Positions 13,911-25,896 are shown, numbered from the stretch's first letter. The stretch: DNA of 64,000 nucleotides from Vicugna vicugna (GCA_013265495.1 MU057989.1:1443513-1507512); one strand, 5' to 3'. The notes: generated by a model not told the origin, from the sequence alone. Numbers and translations: made by a program.

Positions 13911-14009
13911 GGATTTACAGGAACCTCGAGACCCTTCCAGCTTTAATGAGACACATGGCAACTCCAGGCCCAGCCTACAGTGGCCCCCAGAAACAACTGA
14001 GCACTGAGC

Positions 14010-14141
14010 TAACAGTTAGAAGCAGATTCTGATTCAGTGATCTGGGCTGGGGCCTCAAGCCCTGCATCTCTAACAAGCAAGCTCCCAGGTGATGCCACTT
14101 TGCTACTCAAAGTCTGGGGACCACACTTTGAGTAGCATGGG
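14010..14141. mobile_element. MER5A-like hAT DNA element
   Basis: gcagattctgattcagt...ctctaacaagc...cccaggtgatg...gaccacactttgagtagca. Confidence 0.7.
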
Positions 14142-16320
14142 TGTGGTTCACTAACAGGTCACCTAGGGCTTGCCTGGGGAGGAGCCTCCAGCTTGCAAAT
14201 TCGAGATGGTGCACCATCTTGTGTGGTCCTGATGTGAATGGCCACCTCAGTAACCTGCCCACCAGAGAGCTCAGGTACATTCATCCCCACATGGCAGACA
14301 CCCAGAAACAACTGCTTCTGCAAAGCATTCGACTACACTCAGAGAGGGGTGTGGCAGCTTCCTGAGAATTTTCTTCCATCCAAAAGGATGGAGTAGCTGA
14401 ATGAAGATTCAGGAGACCCAGGAGCACCTCGCTCTTCTCCTCCTGCCCTCAGGCCTCTCCCCACAGGCACCTAGGCAGAGCCAAGCCCCCTCCGGTCTCC
14501 GAGAGGTCATAAGAAAGGTGGGTTTCAAGCTCAGGATACACTTCCAGGACATAAGCAACAGCTCAAGCTGGGGGCACCACAGTCAAGACTTCAGCGGCCA
14601 CTGGGGGACAAACGTAGTCCACAGAGCCTGTCCAGGCTCAGACAGGTGGAGGTGAAGCTGGGCGGTGACATGGCAACCCTAGGGAGCAAAAGCCAGACTG
14701 TCGATGGCAACTGTGGAGACTTCAGTCAAGCAGGGAAACTTCCAAGATGGAACTCTTCAACCCTGGTGCCATCCAGAGGGCCGAGTGCCTGGAAGCTCTC
14801 CTAGATTAGGGAGCGAGGTCTGCCCAAGAGGAGGTACAAGGCCGAGTTGGAGGACTGCTGCAGAGGCCCACGCCTCTTCCTTCGCCAAGGATGCCCTCCA
14901 CAGGTACAGGAAGCCCAGGGCAGTGTAGGGTGTCCCTGGCTTCTCCCTGGGGGGCAAGAGCAGGTTCCTGCTCCAGCCCAGCTCAGGAGCAGCCAGGTAT
15001 CCACTGTCTATTGCCCCTGGGTGGCTCATCTCCTTAGCAACCAAAGATTTGAGCAGAGGGTGGGACTCTGCCCGGCCTTGTCCAGTCCCCCTTGCTAGCC
15101 CCCACAGGCTCTGCGTCCAAACCTATCACAGCTATGGATGCTGTGGCCTGCGCTTCCCCAAGGAAGGGCCCTGCCCCAAGAAGCATGTTCACTGAAGGTT
15201 GGGCTGAGGGTCCAGCTTGCAGCTGGTCACTGAAGGCAGGAAGAAAGGTCTTCATATGAAACCCAAGGAAACTAGAAAGCAGCTGTTAGCCCTGGAGGTG
15301 GGGATCTGTCCAGCTGGGCAGGGGGAAGGGTGGGCAGAGAGGCTGGGGTTCTAGGAACACAGGCCAGGAACTAACTTCATGGGAAAAGCCTGGGGTAGGA
15401 AGATTCCAGAGCATGTTGTGGCTGAAAAGACAGCGACAGACAGGAGCAGTGTGGAGCCAGGCGGTACTGGGGGGTGGGCCTCTGCTCTGGGTTCGGCTGG
15501 CACTCTCCCCCAACACGCTGAGCCAGCTGGCAGCAAAGCTTAGGATACGAGGCAAGACCACAGAGCCTGGTGGTGGGTTGGAACTCTTTCTTCTCCTTTG
15601 TTAAAAGGGGGAAAAGACTGGGAATGGGGTACCCCCCGGGCTCTGGGGGAGACATGCAGGCAGCCCCAGCAGGCAGGCACTGGGGGATGGGTGGGAAGAG
15701 TCCTGGAGTTTCCCACAATCCTTTTCTCTGCAGGGAACAGCAAGGCTGGCTGCCGAGGGGGCAGAGGAGACGGACAGGGCCCTGGGGAGAGGGACAGCGG
15801 GCAAGGGACTTGGGGGCTCACTCTAACATGCAAAGTCCAGCTGCCCCATAAACTAGGTTGCTTCTTGAAGGGCGACATACATATAAATACACAGACACAG
15901 CTACACGCACACATGCGGAGAAGGCTCTGCATTCCCGAGGGTTGGGATCTAGGTCTGCCGGCCCCCAAGGAGCTCCGAGGCAGAAGCCGGCCGAGTCTCC
16001 GCCTCGGCAGTTCTCCGCAGCCCCCCGGGGCAGGGCGGGGTAGGGCAGGCGAGTCCTCTGGGGAAGGCTGCTTGTTCTCTGAAGTTCTGTCCACCAGCAC
16101 CCAGATGACTGGGAACCAAATCCACCACAGCTGGGTGCTGCATGCCTGCTCTGCCAGGCACGCGTGTGGGCAGCCTGTGTGCTGGCACGAGGGTCCGGTC
16201 TCTCCCCTCCAGGGCTCCGGGGAAGGGGGGTGCAGACAGAGGAGGGTGAAGGGGCCCGCAGAGACATCCTCTCCCCCGCCCCACGGGGTCCTGGCCTCCG
16301 GGAGGGGGGAGGGGCCTCCT

Positions 16321-16674
16321 TTATCTCTCGGCCTCCATGGCAGGGTGGGCCCTGGGTTCTGAGGCGGCCTGTTGGGGGACCAGGGGTGGCCAGTCTGACG
16401 CCGGGGAAGGAGGTGCCGGAGTCCACAGGGGCGGCTGCTGCGGCTGGTGATGCTGTGCCCCGCCTGGCGGCGAGGCCGCAGTTGGCCAGCTGGGCGCCGC
16501 GAAGCTGCCGGTGGCGGCATGCGGGAAGTGCGGCGGGGGAGATGTGGCCGTGGCAGCCATCGGGCTGCCGCTGCCTCCACTGTGAAAGCTCTCGGAGGCC
16601 TTGAGACGGGAGAACATGGTGAGGGCATCAGGGAAGTTGGGGGGTGTGGCGGGGGTGTTGGCAGGAGTGCACAT
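16321..16674 (-). CDS. UBALD1: UBA-like domain-containing protein 1, exon 3 coding part
   Basis: ccacag|ATG on the minus strand; MCTPANTPATPPNFPDALTMFSRLKASE...AHPAMEAER*. Confidence 0.96.
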   Translation of the reverse strand: MCTPANTPATPPNFPDALTMFSRLKASESFHSGGSGSPMAATATSPPPHFPHAATGSFAAPSWPTAASPPGGAQHHQPQQPPLWTPAPPSPASDWPPLVPQQAASEPRAHPAMEAER

Positions 16675-16948
16675 CTGTGGGGAGAAGAGGAACAAAGAAG
16701 GGTGAGCTTCCCTTTCTAGGAGGGCCCCGTGCCTCCGCTGCCTCCTAGGGGGAGACCTGTACCCCTTCCCTGGATGCACCCCAAATCCCAGGTGGTCCAC
16801 CAGCCGGGAGCTCAGAAAGGAAAGGTGTGGTGCCCAAGATGGGTGGCCCACTGTACCTGCTGTCCAGCCCCAAGGAAGTCCCATCCCAGGAGCCCCTCCA
16901 CAGCTGAGAGCCACTGCACCTTCCTCAGGCCTGGGCGGCTTCCCCCTA

Positions 16949-17083
<135 letters not shown>

Positions 17084-20000
17084 TTACCCTCAGGACCCCT
17101 GTGGCCCTGCCTACTGAGTAGGAGAGATGAAGTGCCTGTCAGCCCTGGGCAGGTCCAGCGGTCAGGGAAGACCCTCGTGTCATTCCTGCCACCTGGCAGC
17201 CAGGGGCTTCCAAATCATACCTACCTGGTATCGTCACCGTGACGTAGGGGCCTGTCTCATGGGGAAAGACCTCCAGGAGATTTCAACCTGACTGTTACCA
17301 AGTCCATGGTGACAAGTCCCTACTCCTCTCTGAGCCTCAATTTCTTTGTCTCTGAGCCAGAAGATGGCAAAGGCCCCTAGGTGTTGAAGAGTCTGTGACC
17401 CTTCTACCCCTCTCCTGGGCTGAACAAGGGACCCTGCCCTGGTCTGGTCCTCGGTTTCTCCATCCACACCACAGGAGACTGGACTAGGTGGACTGCAGAT
17501 TCCCCTCCCTTGTAGCAGTGACCTCCTAAGATCCACAGTCCTGCTGGGAGAGCCGAAATTAAGTAGGATGGTCTGGGTTTTGCACTCCTGTCCTGTCACC
17601 TGAGCCCTCCTTGGAATGCTCCCAAGATGATGGAGCAGGAGGAAGGCAGAGGTGAGGTTTGCACCCAGGATCCTGAGGAGGGGGTGGCAGCCCATCTAGT
17701 GCTCATCTAGTGGCCCTGGGGGGTTGGGGGGAGGGGCTCCAGGGCGGCCTCCACTGGTGTTGGTGTGTCCTGGTTCAGCCCCTGCAGGAGGGGCGTCCAG
17801 AAAAATAAAGGAACCAGCTGCTCTTGCGAAAGCACTGGGTGAGGGAGCCCGTCAAGTGTGCGAAGGCTCTGCAGGCGCTCTGCTCTGTCCTCTATTGATG
17901 CTCCCTCAGTCTCGCAGCCCCAGCCCAGCCCCGTCTAACACCCTCCCTACTCCCAACACACCAGAAAATCCAGTCTGGCTCCCAGGGCTTACTGTGGGGG
18001 TTTCATTATTAAAGTAAATTCAAATGAATTATTCTGGGAATTTCCTGCTGGAGACGCCCTACCCTGATGTCCCCAAAAACGGGTGTGGAATCTGGGGGAG
18101 GGCCTTGGTCTCTAAGCGCCTCCTTGTGACACGCCCCCCCCCAGGAGACACACCAAACCATTCCTCCCCCAAAAGCAGCTCCAAAGGCCACTGCTGTGTA
18201 TGAGGATTCCAAGGAGAAACGGTTGCCCCTTTCCTGCCTTCTTAATGCTCCCCCAATCATAAAGCACACTGGTTCCCTTCCCCTAGCAGCCTTCTGTCCT
18301 CATCAACACCCAAATCACAGAGAATGTGACCTCAAAACATGGCCTCCAGCTGGACCAGCCCTCAGCCCAAGTATGCTGCCAGCCAGGCGTGGAGGACACA
18401 GAGGGGAATTAGCCATGAGGAACCCTACTCACTCTCAGTAAGAGATCTGAGATCTGAATGTTCAAAACCCATTTCACCTTAAGTGAACCTTCATACTCTC
18501 TGTATCCCCATTTTACACATGATGAAACTGAGACTCAGGGAGCCTGGAGCACAGGGCTCCTACCCTTTGGGGCCACCAGAGCCTCCTAGTCTGCACGCTG
18601 CACCTGCCCCTCCTGAGATCAGAGTTTTTCCCCAAGCATTTCAATCTTCAAAGCTACATTTCCAATTCCTGTGACCAAGCGACACCAACCAATGCTGCCT
18701 GAGTGACTGCCCAGCTGGTACCAGGCTCTGTGACTGGGCTGAGAGTGCCGACAGGCAGGGCCCCTTCCCACCGGACACCTTGCCTTCCCAGCCCCAGGCA
18801 GGGAGGGAGCCATATATGCAGATGTGGGACTCAAGCAAACTGCCATGAATGTGGTTTTGCAAGTTTTGCCACATCCAGCTCTTGAGACAAACGGGCTGAT
18901 TAGGGAGCTTCCTGCAGGGTGGGGCTGCCAGGGTTGGGGGCAGCTGGCCATTCACTCCTTAGAGGTCAACACCCACCCACCCAGGTATAGCTGAGAAAAC
19001 TGAGGCCAGAGGGTGGGACCTGCCCAGAGAGACAAAGTGGCCTCCCATCTTGTGATGTGAGGACCAGCCCGGGGTCAGCTGTTCCCCTAAGACCTCTGGT
19101 AGGAAAGTGAGCAAAGATTCCTCTGGGAGGACTCGCTACCATCTCCCCTCAGTGTCCCAACATTCAGGGAGGATTCTGATCCCTATCCCACATGCAGGAA
19201 ACTCCAGTCTCCTGCCTCTTCCCTGTTCCCCTCGGCGGCCCAAAACTTCCCAAAACTTCCCGGGGCTGGCTCCCCAACGAGAAACTAGGCTCCTAAACCT
19301 GCACTGGGCACAAACTCTACAGGCTGGCTGGGGCTGTAGCCTTACACCTGTGAGAGGCGGAGCTCAGGGGCTCTGGCCTCATCCCTAGATACGACCCTGG
19401 GTTATTTCTGGGGTGGCTGAGTTAGTGAAGGCCAGGTGGCCTCTTGGCAGCACAAGAGCACAAGCCCTGGGCACTACTGCTCCCTGAGTCAGGGAGGCCT
19501 GGGGCATGGGAGCCTGGCTGGCTGAGAGCTACTGAACCGCGTACACCATGCCATGCACTGTGCAGGTAGACTCGTCAGCCAGCACAGAGGGCACAGGACA
19601 CGCATCTAGAGCGGGGTACACAGATGCACACCTGCAGCTGTTGTGTGGGGCTCCAATACACCACCCATACCCTCGTGTGTACGCGCGTGGGAACCGTCTG
19701 CAAAACGGCGACGTGCGTGTGTACACACAGCACACAGCACACACACACCGCACCCGCTCCCAGGGTGGACTGCGTGTTTACACACACGCCAACATGCCCA
19801 CACGTAGCGTGGCGCGTGCGTAAACACAAATGCACATGTACGTGGACACGCGCCGCCCAGCTGCCCAGCAGGCACGCAGACTCTCAGACCCACACACGCC
19901 GGTCGACTCCGCCCGCGGGCCCGGGGCTCCCTCATCCCGACCCCGCGGCTCCCGAGGTGGGGACGACGCGGGTCCAGCTCAGCCCAGGCCTGGGGCGTCT

Positions 20001-20317
20001 TCCTTCCGGCCGTCCGCCCGACTGTCCGTCCGGGCCGCTGTGCCGCCCCGCCCTGGCCGTTACTCGAACAAAAAGTGTGTGTGTTGGTGGGGGGGTCCAC
20101 GCAACCCGATCGACCGGGGACTTGGGGGGCGGGGATTCGGGGCGCTGCGGGGCAGGCTGCCCCTCCCACCCACCCCGAGCCGGCGGCGTTTCCGGGGGCC
20201 GCGTAGACGCGGCCGCGCAGCCGGGCCTGACCCGCACGCCGCGTGTGCGCGATAAAGCCCGGACGCCGGGGCGCGCGACCGCCGGGACACCGGGCCGAGT
20301 GCGCGGGCCTGGCCTCA

Positions 20318-20602
<285 letters not shown>

Positions 20603-20699
20603 TCACGCGTCCACCATTAGCGAGCCGGCTCCGGCTAATACAAATATTTACTGTGCGGCTCTGACTCACCGTGCCTCGCCTCGCTCAGGGCCGCGGGGG

Positions 20700-20720
20700 G
20701 CATGCTGGGAGATGTAGTCC
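20700..20720 (-). promoter_or_regulatory. ZNF143/THAP11-type motif (GGACTACATCTCCCAGCATGC) in the UBALD1 promoter
   Basis: Reverse complement matches the ACTACAnnTCCCAnnATGC promoter motif. Confidence 0.75.
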
Positions 20721-21329
20721 CGCGCCGCTTCCGCCGCACTGGACGGGAGCTGCGGGCCGGGCCCAAGGTATGCCTGAAATTTGGGCGCCTACTGTGTGCA
20801 GAAGCGGGACGTGCACGTTGCTCTGGGGGCATCCGCGCTCCAGTACCGGCACTGACGGGGTTCAGGAGGCGGGGGCCGCAGACCGTGCATGAGTGCAAAC
20901 ACCAGTGAGCGTATTTGCCAAGACCCCAGGACCCCGAACCCCACTGTGGTTAACATCCCTCCTGTGTGGAGTGAATGCATCCTGGGGGAACGGTGGGGGC
21001 TAGGGATTTTGGTACAAATCGGCAGCACTAGGGCCGTAAGGTTCCAAAGATTGGCACACAGTAGATGCCTACAAATACTCGTTCAGTGAATGCATGAATC
21101 TGCCCTTTAGTTTTCTGCCCAAAGTCACCTCCTCAAGGAAGCCTTCGAGTCTTCCCCAACACACAGCGCAAGCTTGTATCACCCACTAGGCCAGGCACAC
21201 AGTAGGCCCGAGGAAAGTCTGAGAAAGGGATGGCGCCCGCGATAGACAGCCTCGACAGCTTTGGGGTGCGCTCTCTGAGATGCTCCGACTTTCCCACGCA
21301 AAATTTCGTGCACTTTGCCGGAAATCTCA

Positions 21330-21700
21330 GCTTTCAGCGTGCGGGCGCCAGGACCGCGCGGAGCCAGTTCCGGGGCGGCCCTGAACTCCTATTCCCAGAA
21401 TGCCCCGGTTTATTTGCATCGTTCCATCCTGAGTGACGTCAAGTGAGTGAGGCAGTGCTTCGGCCTATGGGCGGTCGCGAGGTGTTAGGACCTGGCCATA
21501 TAAGGTAAACAAAGCTGGCGGTCCAATGAGGCGGCGGCGGGGGCGGGTACTGGGTCAGGGTGGGGTGTTGTGGACTGTGTTTACAGCTCCGCACGCGCCG
21601 CTTCCGGTTGACGTCGCGGGTCGGGTTTGTGGGCCCGGCGGGTTTGGAGCGGGAGGGCAGGTAGGGAGGCCGGGAGAGATGTCGGGCCGAAGTCCCGTTC
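21330..21700. promoter_or_regulatory. Second small CpG island with a dense transcription-factor motif cluster
   Basis: TTCCCAGAATGC 21392-21403, ATTTGCAT 21412-21419, TGACGTCA 21434-21441, CCATATAAGG 21496-21505, GTAAACAAA 21505-21513, CCAAT 21523-21527, GC boxes, CTTCCGG 21601-21607. Confidence 0.75.
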
Positions 21701-23739
21701 GGTCACCCCTACTCTTAATGACCTTATCCCCATTCCTCGCGCTCCCTGGTCTCCAGTTTCATTAGTTGAGCAACTATTTCTCGGACCCTTTCCCTGTGCC
21801 TGGCTCTGACCTGGCCCGGGATACAGAGAACAAATTCTAGACGGGTTAGATGGGGGTGGGGGGGGTGGGGGAGCGTGTCGAAAAATCCCAAGGACAGATG
21901 TACAGTTGCACGTGTGGAAAGTGCCCTCAGGAAGCAGGCACGTGTCCTGGAGGTGGTGGGTTAAAGGCCATTGAGGGTTTTAGTACATCTGATCCATTGT
22001 CACCATTAGGATTACTGTGGCTGAGCAGTGTGGAGACCAGATGGTGGCAGAGAGGTCCAGTACGGTTCAGGAGATGTCCTGGGTGTATCTGGTTCCAGGG
22101 GAGTCTGTCCCTGCCCAGCGCCTCAGAATTGGATTGAACGGAGGAAACTGTCCCACATTAAGGGAGTGGGAAGAGAACCTGCAGTGCTCTCCGAGGAGCC
22201 ATTTCTGGGTTCCTCAACTCTTCTAGGGGTTCTGGCTTTGGCTAGTGGGAGGAGGATGATGGAGGACTGGTGGACAGGGACTGAAAGGTCCCAAGGTTAT
22301 GGGGCTGTGGGGGAGGCTGGGGCACCAGGTTAGCTGGGAGAGGGAAGGAGCCCTGAAACTGTCGAACTGCTAAACTGCCTCTAAAGGCTGGGGTTCGGAG
22401 CTTGTCCTCTTCCAGGTGGGTGCCTCAACCCTGGCACAAGTCACGTCCACTTAGGAAATAAGGATTCAACCCCTTTCTGTTATGTGGGGATCATTCAGGC
22501 TCCACTACTTTTTGCAAACCCTTATGGTACCAGGAGATTTTTGCTCTTATTAAGAGTGGCCCCTCACCTTCACAAAGCATCTCAAGCATTAATTAATGTG
22601 GGCAAAATGCTCAGTGCACAGCACGTGGTAGGCAGCTCTGAATGTGGTTACGACTATCACTATTACTCCTGGGAGAACAGCAGGACGTGGAAGGTGAGTA
22701 GGTTCTGGAGTCAAAAAGACTTTGGTGACAGTCTTGACTCTTCCACTTAAGTAGTCTGGTGTTGGGACAAGATCTTCCTAGCTTCAGTTTCCTCATTTGT
22801 AGAACCAAAGGTAAGAAGAGCTCAGAGCTCTCCCAGGACTGCTCTGGGGGTTTAATCCCTGTGAAGTGCTCAGCATGGGCCTGGCGCTTAGAGCACCGTT
22901 TCTAGCACTCACCTTTTTGCTTCCATCTGCACTATTCTAGGCAACGCAAATCGCATTTTACAGATAGGGAAATAGGCTGGAATCAAGCCCTCCTTACGCT
23001 CTTGCCAGTGTTCATAGCCAGTGACAAAGAGCAGGCACACGTTGGGCCAGCAGGGTCCGGGCAGAGCTCACGTGGGGTGGGGAGCTTTTTTTGCTTAGGG
23101 AGGCAGGAAGTACCATCACCCTTTTCCTCACCCTTATCTGGGCACCACTCAGGTACCTGCCCAGACTTGCCCAGCCCAGAAGGAGCTCTTGCAAGCCAGA
23201 TGGCTGGCTAGGATGGGGCAGATGGGGCTAGCAGGAGCGAAGGTCACCCCCTCCGGCCGCCGTGGCCCCCTCAGCTAGCTTATTTTCCCAGGGGCAGTAG
23301 GGAAGGAAAAAACAACCTTGTTTTCTGCCACGATCAGTCTGGCTAGAGAGTGGACTTTGGATTTCTTAGCTCAGATGGGGCCTGACAGCTGGGGCCAGAG
23401 GATAGTGGGAGGAGGGAATAAAGGGCATTTCTGGCAGTGCCTCACCTTCCCTGAGGTCCAGCGAGGTTGAAGGCCTTGCCAAAGTTGGCATAGCCAGTTA
23501 ATGCAGGGCCTCCTTCTCCCTACCTTTATTCCTTCCATCACTCCACAGATGTGTTTATCAGACATCTACTGGATGTCTGGCTCTGGGACCACAAGAAGGA
23601 ATAGGCAGGGATCCTGCTCCCTCAGAAGGCTGGAGAAGAGGTCCAGCCTTGAGAGACTCACACCAGGAAGCCATGAAGTGTGCCTGGGGTCTTTCCTTAC
23701 ATTTCAAAGGACCTATTGCTGGCTGGCTGAGGAACCTTG

Positions 23740-24255
23740 AGATCTAGCCACTGCCTCACTCCTGACCTCTGTTCCTGAACTCTCCTGCCTACTCGATTCT
23801 AGCCACGCTGGCCTTTGAGCTCATGGATCTTACTCAGCTCTTCAGGGCCTGCTACCCCAGGGCCCTTGCCCACACTGTTCTCCCTGCCTGGAACCTGGGC
23901 TGACCTACCCCCTCATAGTTTGCCTGGTTGGCTCTTACTTATATTTTAAGTCCTGGCTTAAATGTCACCTCCTCACAGAAGCCTTCCCTGACTTGCCTAT
24001 CAATAGTAAGTCTCTTATGTTATTTCACTTCATTCCCCCATAGCAGCCACCACATTTTGTATTTATACCCTTGTTCACCTTTTTAATGTCTGTTTCCTCA
24101 CTAGATGTTCCATGTCTGGCAGTTTCACGATTTCCTCACTAGGTGTTCTGTGTCTGGTGGTTTCTCGATTTAATCTCTATTGCCTGGCTCTTTGTCTGGC
24201 TCATTGCCTCTCACATAGCTGCATGGTAACTATTTGTTGAATAAATACATGAATC
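23740..24255. mobile_element. L2 LINE 3' fragment, with an internal 38-bp tandem duplication at 24093-24168
   Basis: aaatgtcacctcctcacagaagccttccctgac..., tatttgttgaataaatacatgaat terminus; tttcctcactag...ga occurs twice. Confidence 0.65.
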
Positions 24256-24719
24256 AGCCAAGGTGTTGACAGTAGAACCAGTATCAAATCAGAAAGGGCC
24301 TGTTTCCCAGCGGGGCATGGATAAGCACAGAAAAATACACCTGAAGTCCAAAGCTCTATTAAGAGGAATGTTTCACTAGTCAAACATCCAGCTCATGGAA
24401 ACGACTGCCCTGGCCCACAATCCATATGGAAGACAAGCTCTTAGGGTTATTTTTCAGGGGGAATGTCAGGGCCCTCAATATTCTCCTTCCTTCCCCCCAA
24501 ACAGGGAGACCAGTAAACTGAAGGCAGTGTTGGTATATTTGAGTGTATATATAATTCAACAGTGTCGTGTGATTCAACAGAAAGAAATTTAAAGGGAAGA
24601 AGCGATGGGGTGGAGGTGTCTTCAAGCCTATCTGGGAGAAAGAGACATGAAACCTGGCACTGGGGCATTCCTGTCTGGGGATGGGGGAGATGTGTGGGAG
24701 GTGGGGGTGGCATTAAAAG

Positions 24720-24915
24720 GAGTGGCCTGGTTCAAATTCCAGCTTTATTACCACTTATCTACTATGTAAGCTGAGTGAGGTACTTCTCTCCCAGCCTCTT
24801 TCCTCTTCTGTAAATTAGAAATGCAAACAGAACCTACAACAGAGAATTTAAAAAGACAGTATTTGCATACCCCCCAACAGCAATGCCTGGCACATAGTAG
24901 GTGCTCAGTAAATGG
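24720..24915. mobile_element. MIR SINE (one of many; others near 2995-3105, 22730-22880, 27650-27770, 49400-49530)
   Basis: ggttcaaattccagct...ttcctcttctgtaaa...gcctggcacatagtaggtgctcagtaaatg. Confidence 0.65.
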
Positions 24916-25877
24916 GGATCTTGTTTGTGGAATCCCAAGAACTGGGATCTCTCTTATAATCTCATAAGTCCCTCACTTCCTTTATTACTTTTGCCTTCCC
25001 AGTTTCCCCTGAAAATAGGAAGTTTGTATTCTGCATTCTGGCCTCTAGAAAGGTGTAGGATTCACTTTAATGTGGACTGTGGTGAATTTACCATCTGAGA
25101 CTCTTAGCCAGCCTCTGCCCTCCCTAGCTCCTTTCTTAGTAGAACAGGCTTATCTTGGGAAGTCACTTTCTTCTTATTACGACCGTTTCTCAACTGAAAA
25201 GGAGGTAAAAAACATTCTTACTTGGCATGCTTACAGACTTTTGTATGAGTCAAAAGCCAGTAAAGTACACTGCAACCTGCGAGGAGGCTTTAACTGTAAT
25301 CCTGATTCTTGTAAACTTGCCTTTAGCACCCTTACATGTGGCCCTTCGGTCTTTATGCCTCAGTTTCCGTATCTGTAAAATGGGGACAGGTCTAGTGCCT
25401 ATGCAGGGCTGGGGGCGGGGGGGGGAGGCTGTAAAATTATTTCTTTAAAGTAATTCTTCTGGACGTGGAACGGGAGATATGCCTAGAGTTCTGGAAAAGA
25501 TGCTTCGCTTCTCTAAGAGCACCGATCAGAGTAATCCTGGATTCCACTCCGCCGCCCCCAGCTCTTTCCAGGTGGCAGGTAAAGGTCTGCCCTCTGCTGG
25601 CCGGGCTAGGAGACTAAACCCTGGGAAGTGGCGAGAACCGTGATAGCTCGAGGAAATAATTTCAGAGAGAGAGTAAATGGAATGCGTTGGGTTCCTAGAA
25701 TGTTTATGTATGAACAGATTATGAAAAGGCTGAAGAGTTATGATGTTAGTCTTGTGCTTGGAATGCATAAGGGAAGGATAATTTGCGGTGCGGTTGATGG
25801 TTCCTCCCCTCTGGATTTAGGTCCAGTTGGTTTGTCCCGGAGCGTTTGTCAACAACTTCAGCGAGCCTGGGCGAGCA

Positions 25878-25896
25878 GCATCCTGGGAAATGTAGT
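25878..25896 (-). promoter_or_regulatory. ZNF143/THAP11-type motif (ACTACATTTCCCAGGATGC) in the MGRN1 promoter
   Basis: gcatcctgggaaatgtagt at the 5' edge of the MGRN1 CpG island. Confidence 0.75.

Noticed and set aside
14204..14219. Perfect 16-bp palindrome agatggtgcaccatct
   Set aside because: About one such palindrome is expected by chance in 64 kb, and there is no supporting context
10000..15500. Hidden gene or processed pseudogene between C16orf96 and UBALD1
   Set aside because: Short ORFs show no recognisable protein similarity or consistent exon chain; a BLASTX hit would be needed to overturn this
17690..17718. Tandem catctagtg CTCF-like motifs
   Set aside because: Each deviates from the CTCF core, and I cannot support it without matrix scoring or ChIP data
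21392..21722. snRNA-type gene: SPH plus octamer as a distal element, and PSE-like TCACCCCTACTCTTAATG at about 21703
   Set aside because: Spacing of about 290 bp is longer than in typical snRNA promoters, the PSE match is weak, the adjacent sequence looks like decayed MIR, and no recognisable snRNA body follows
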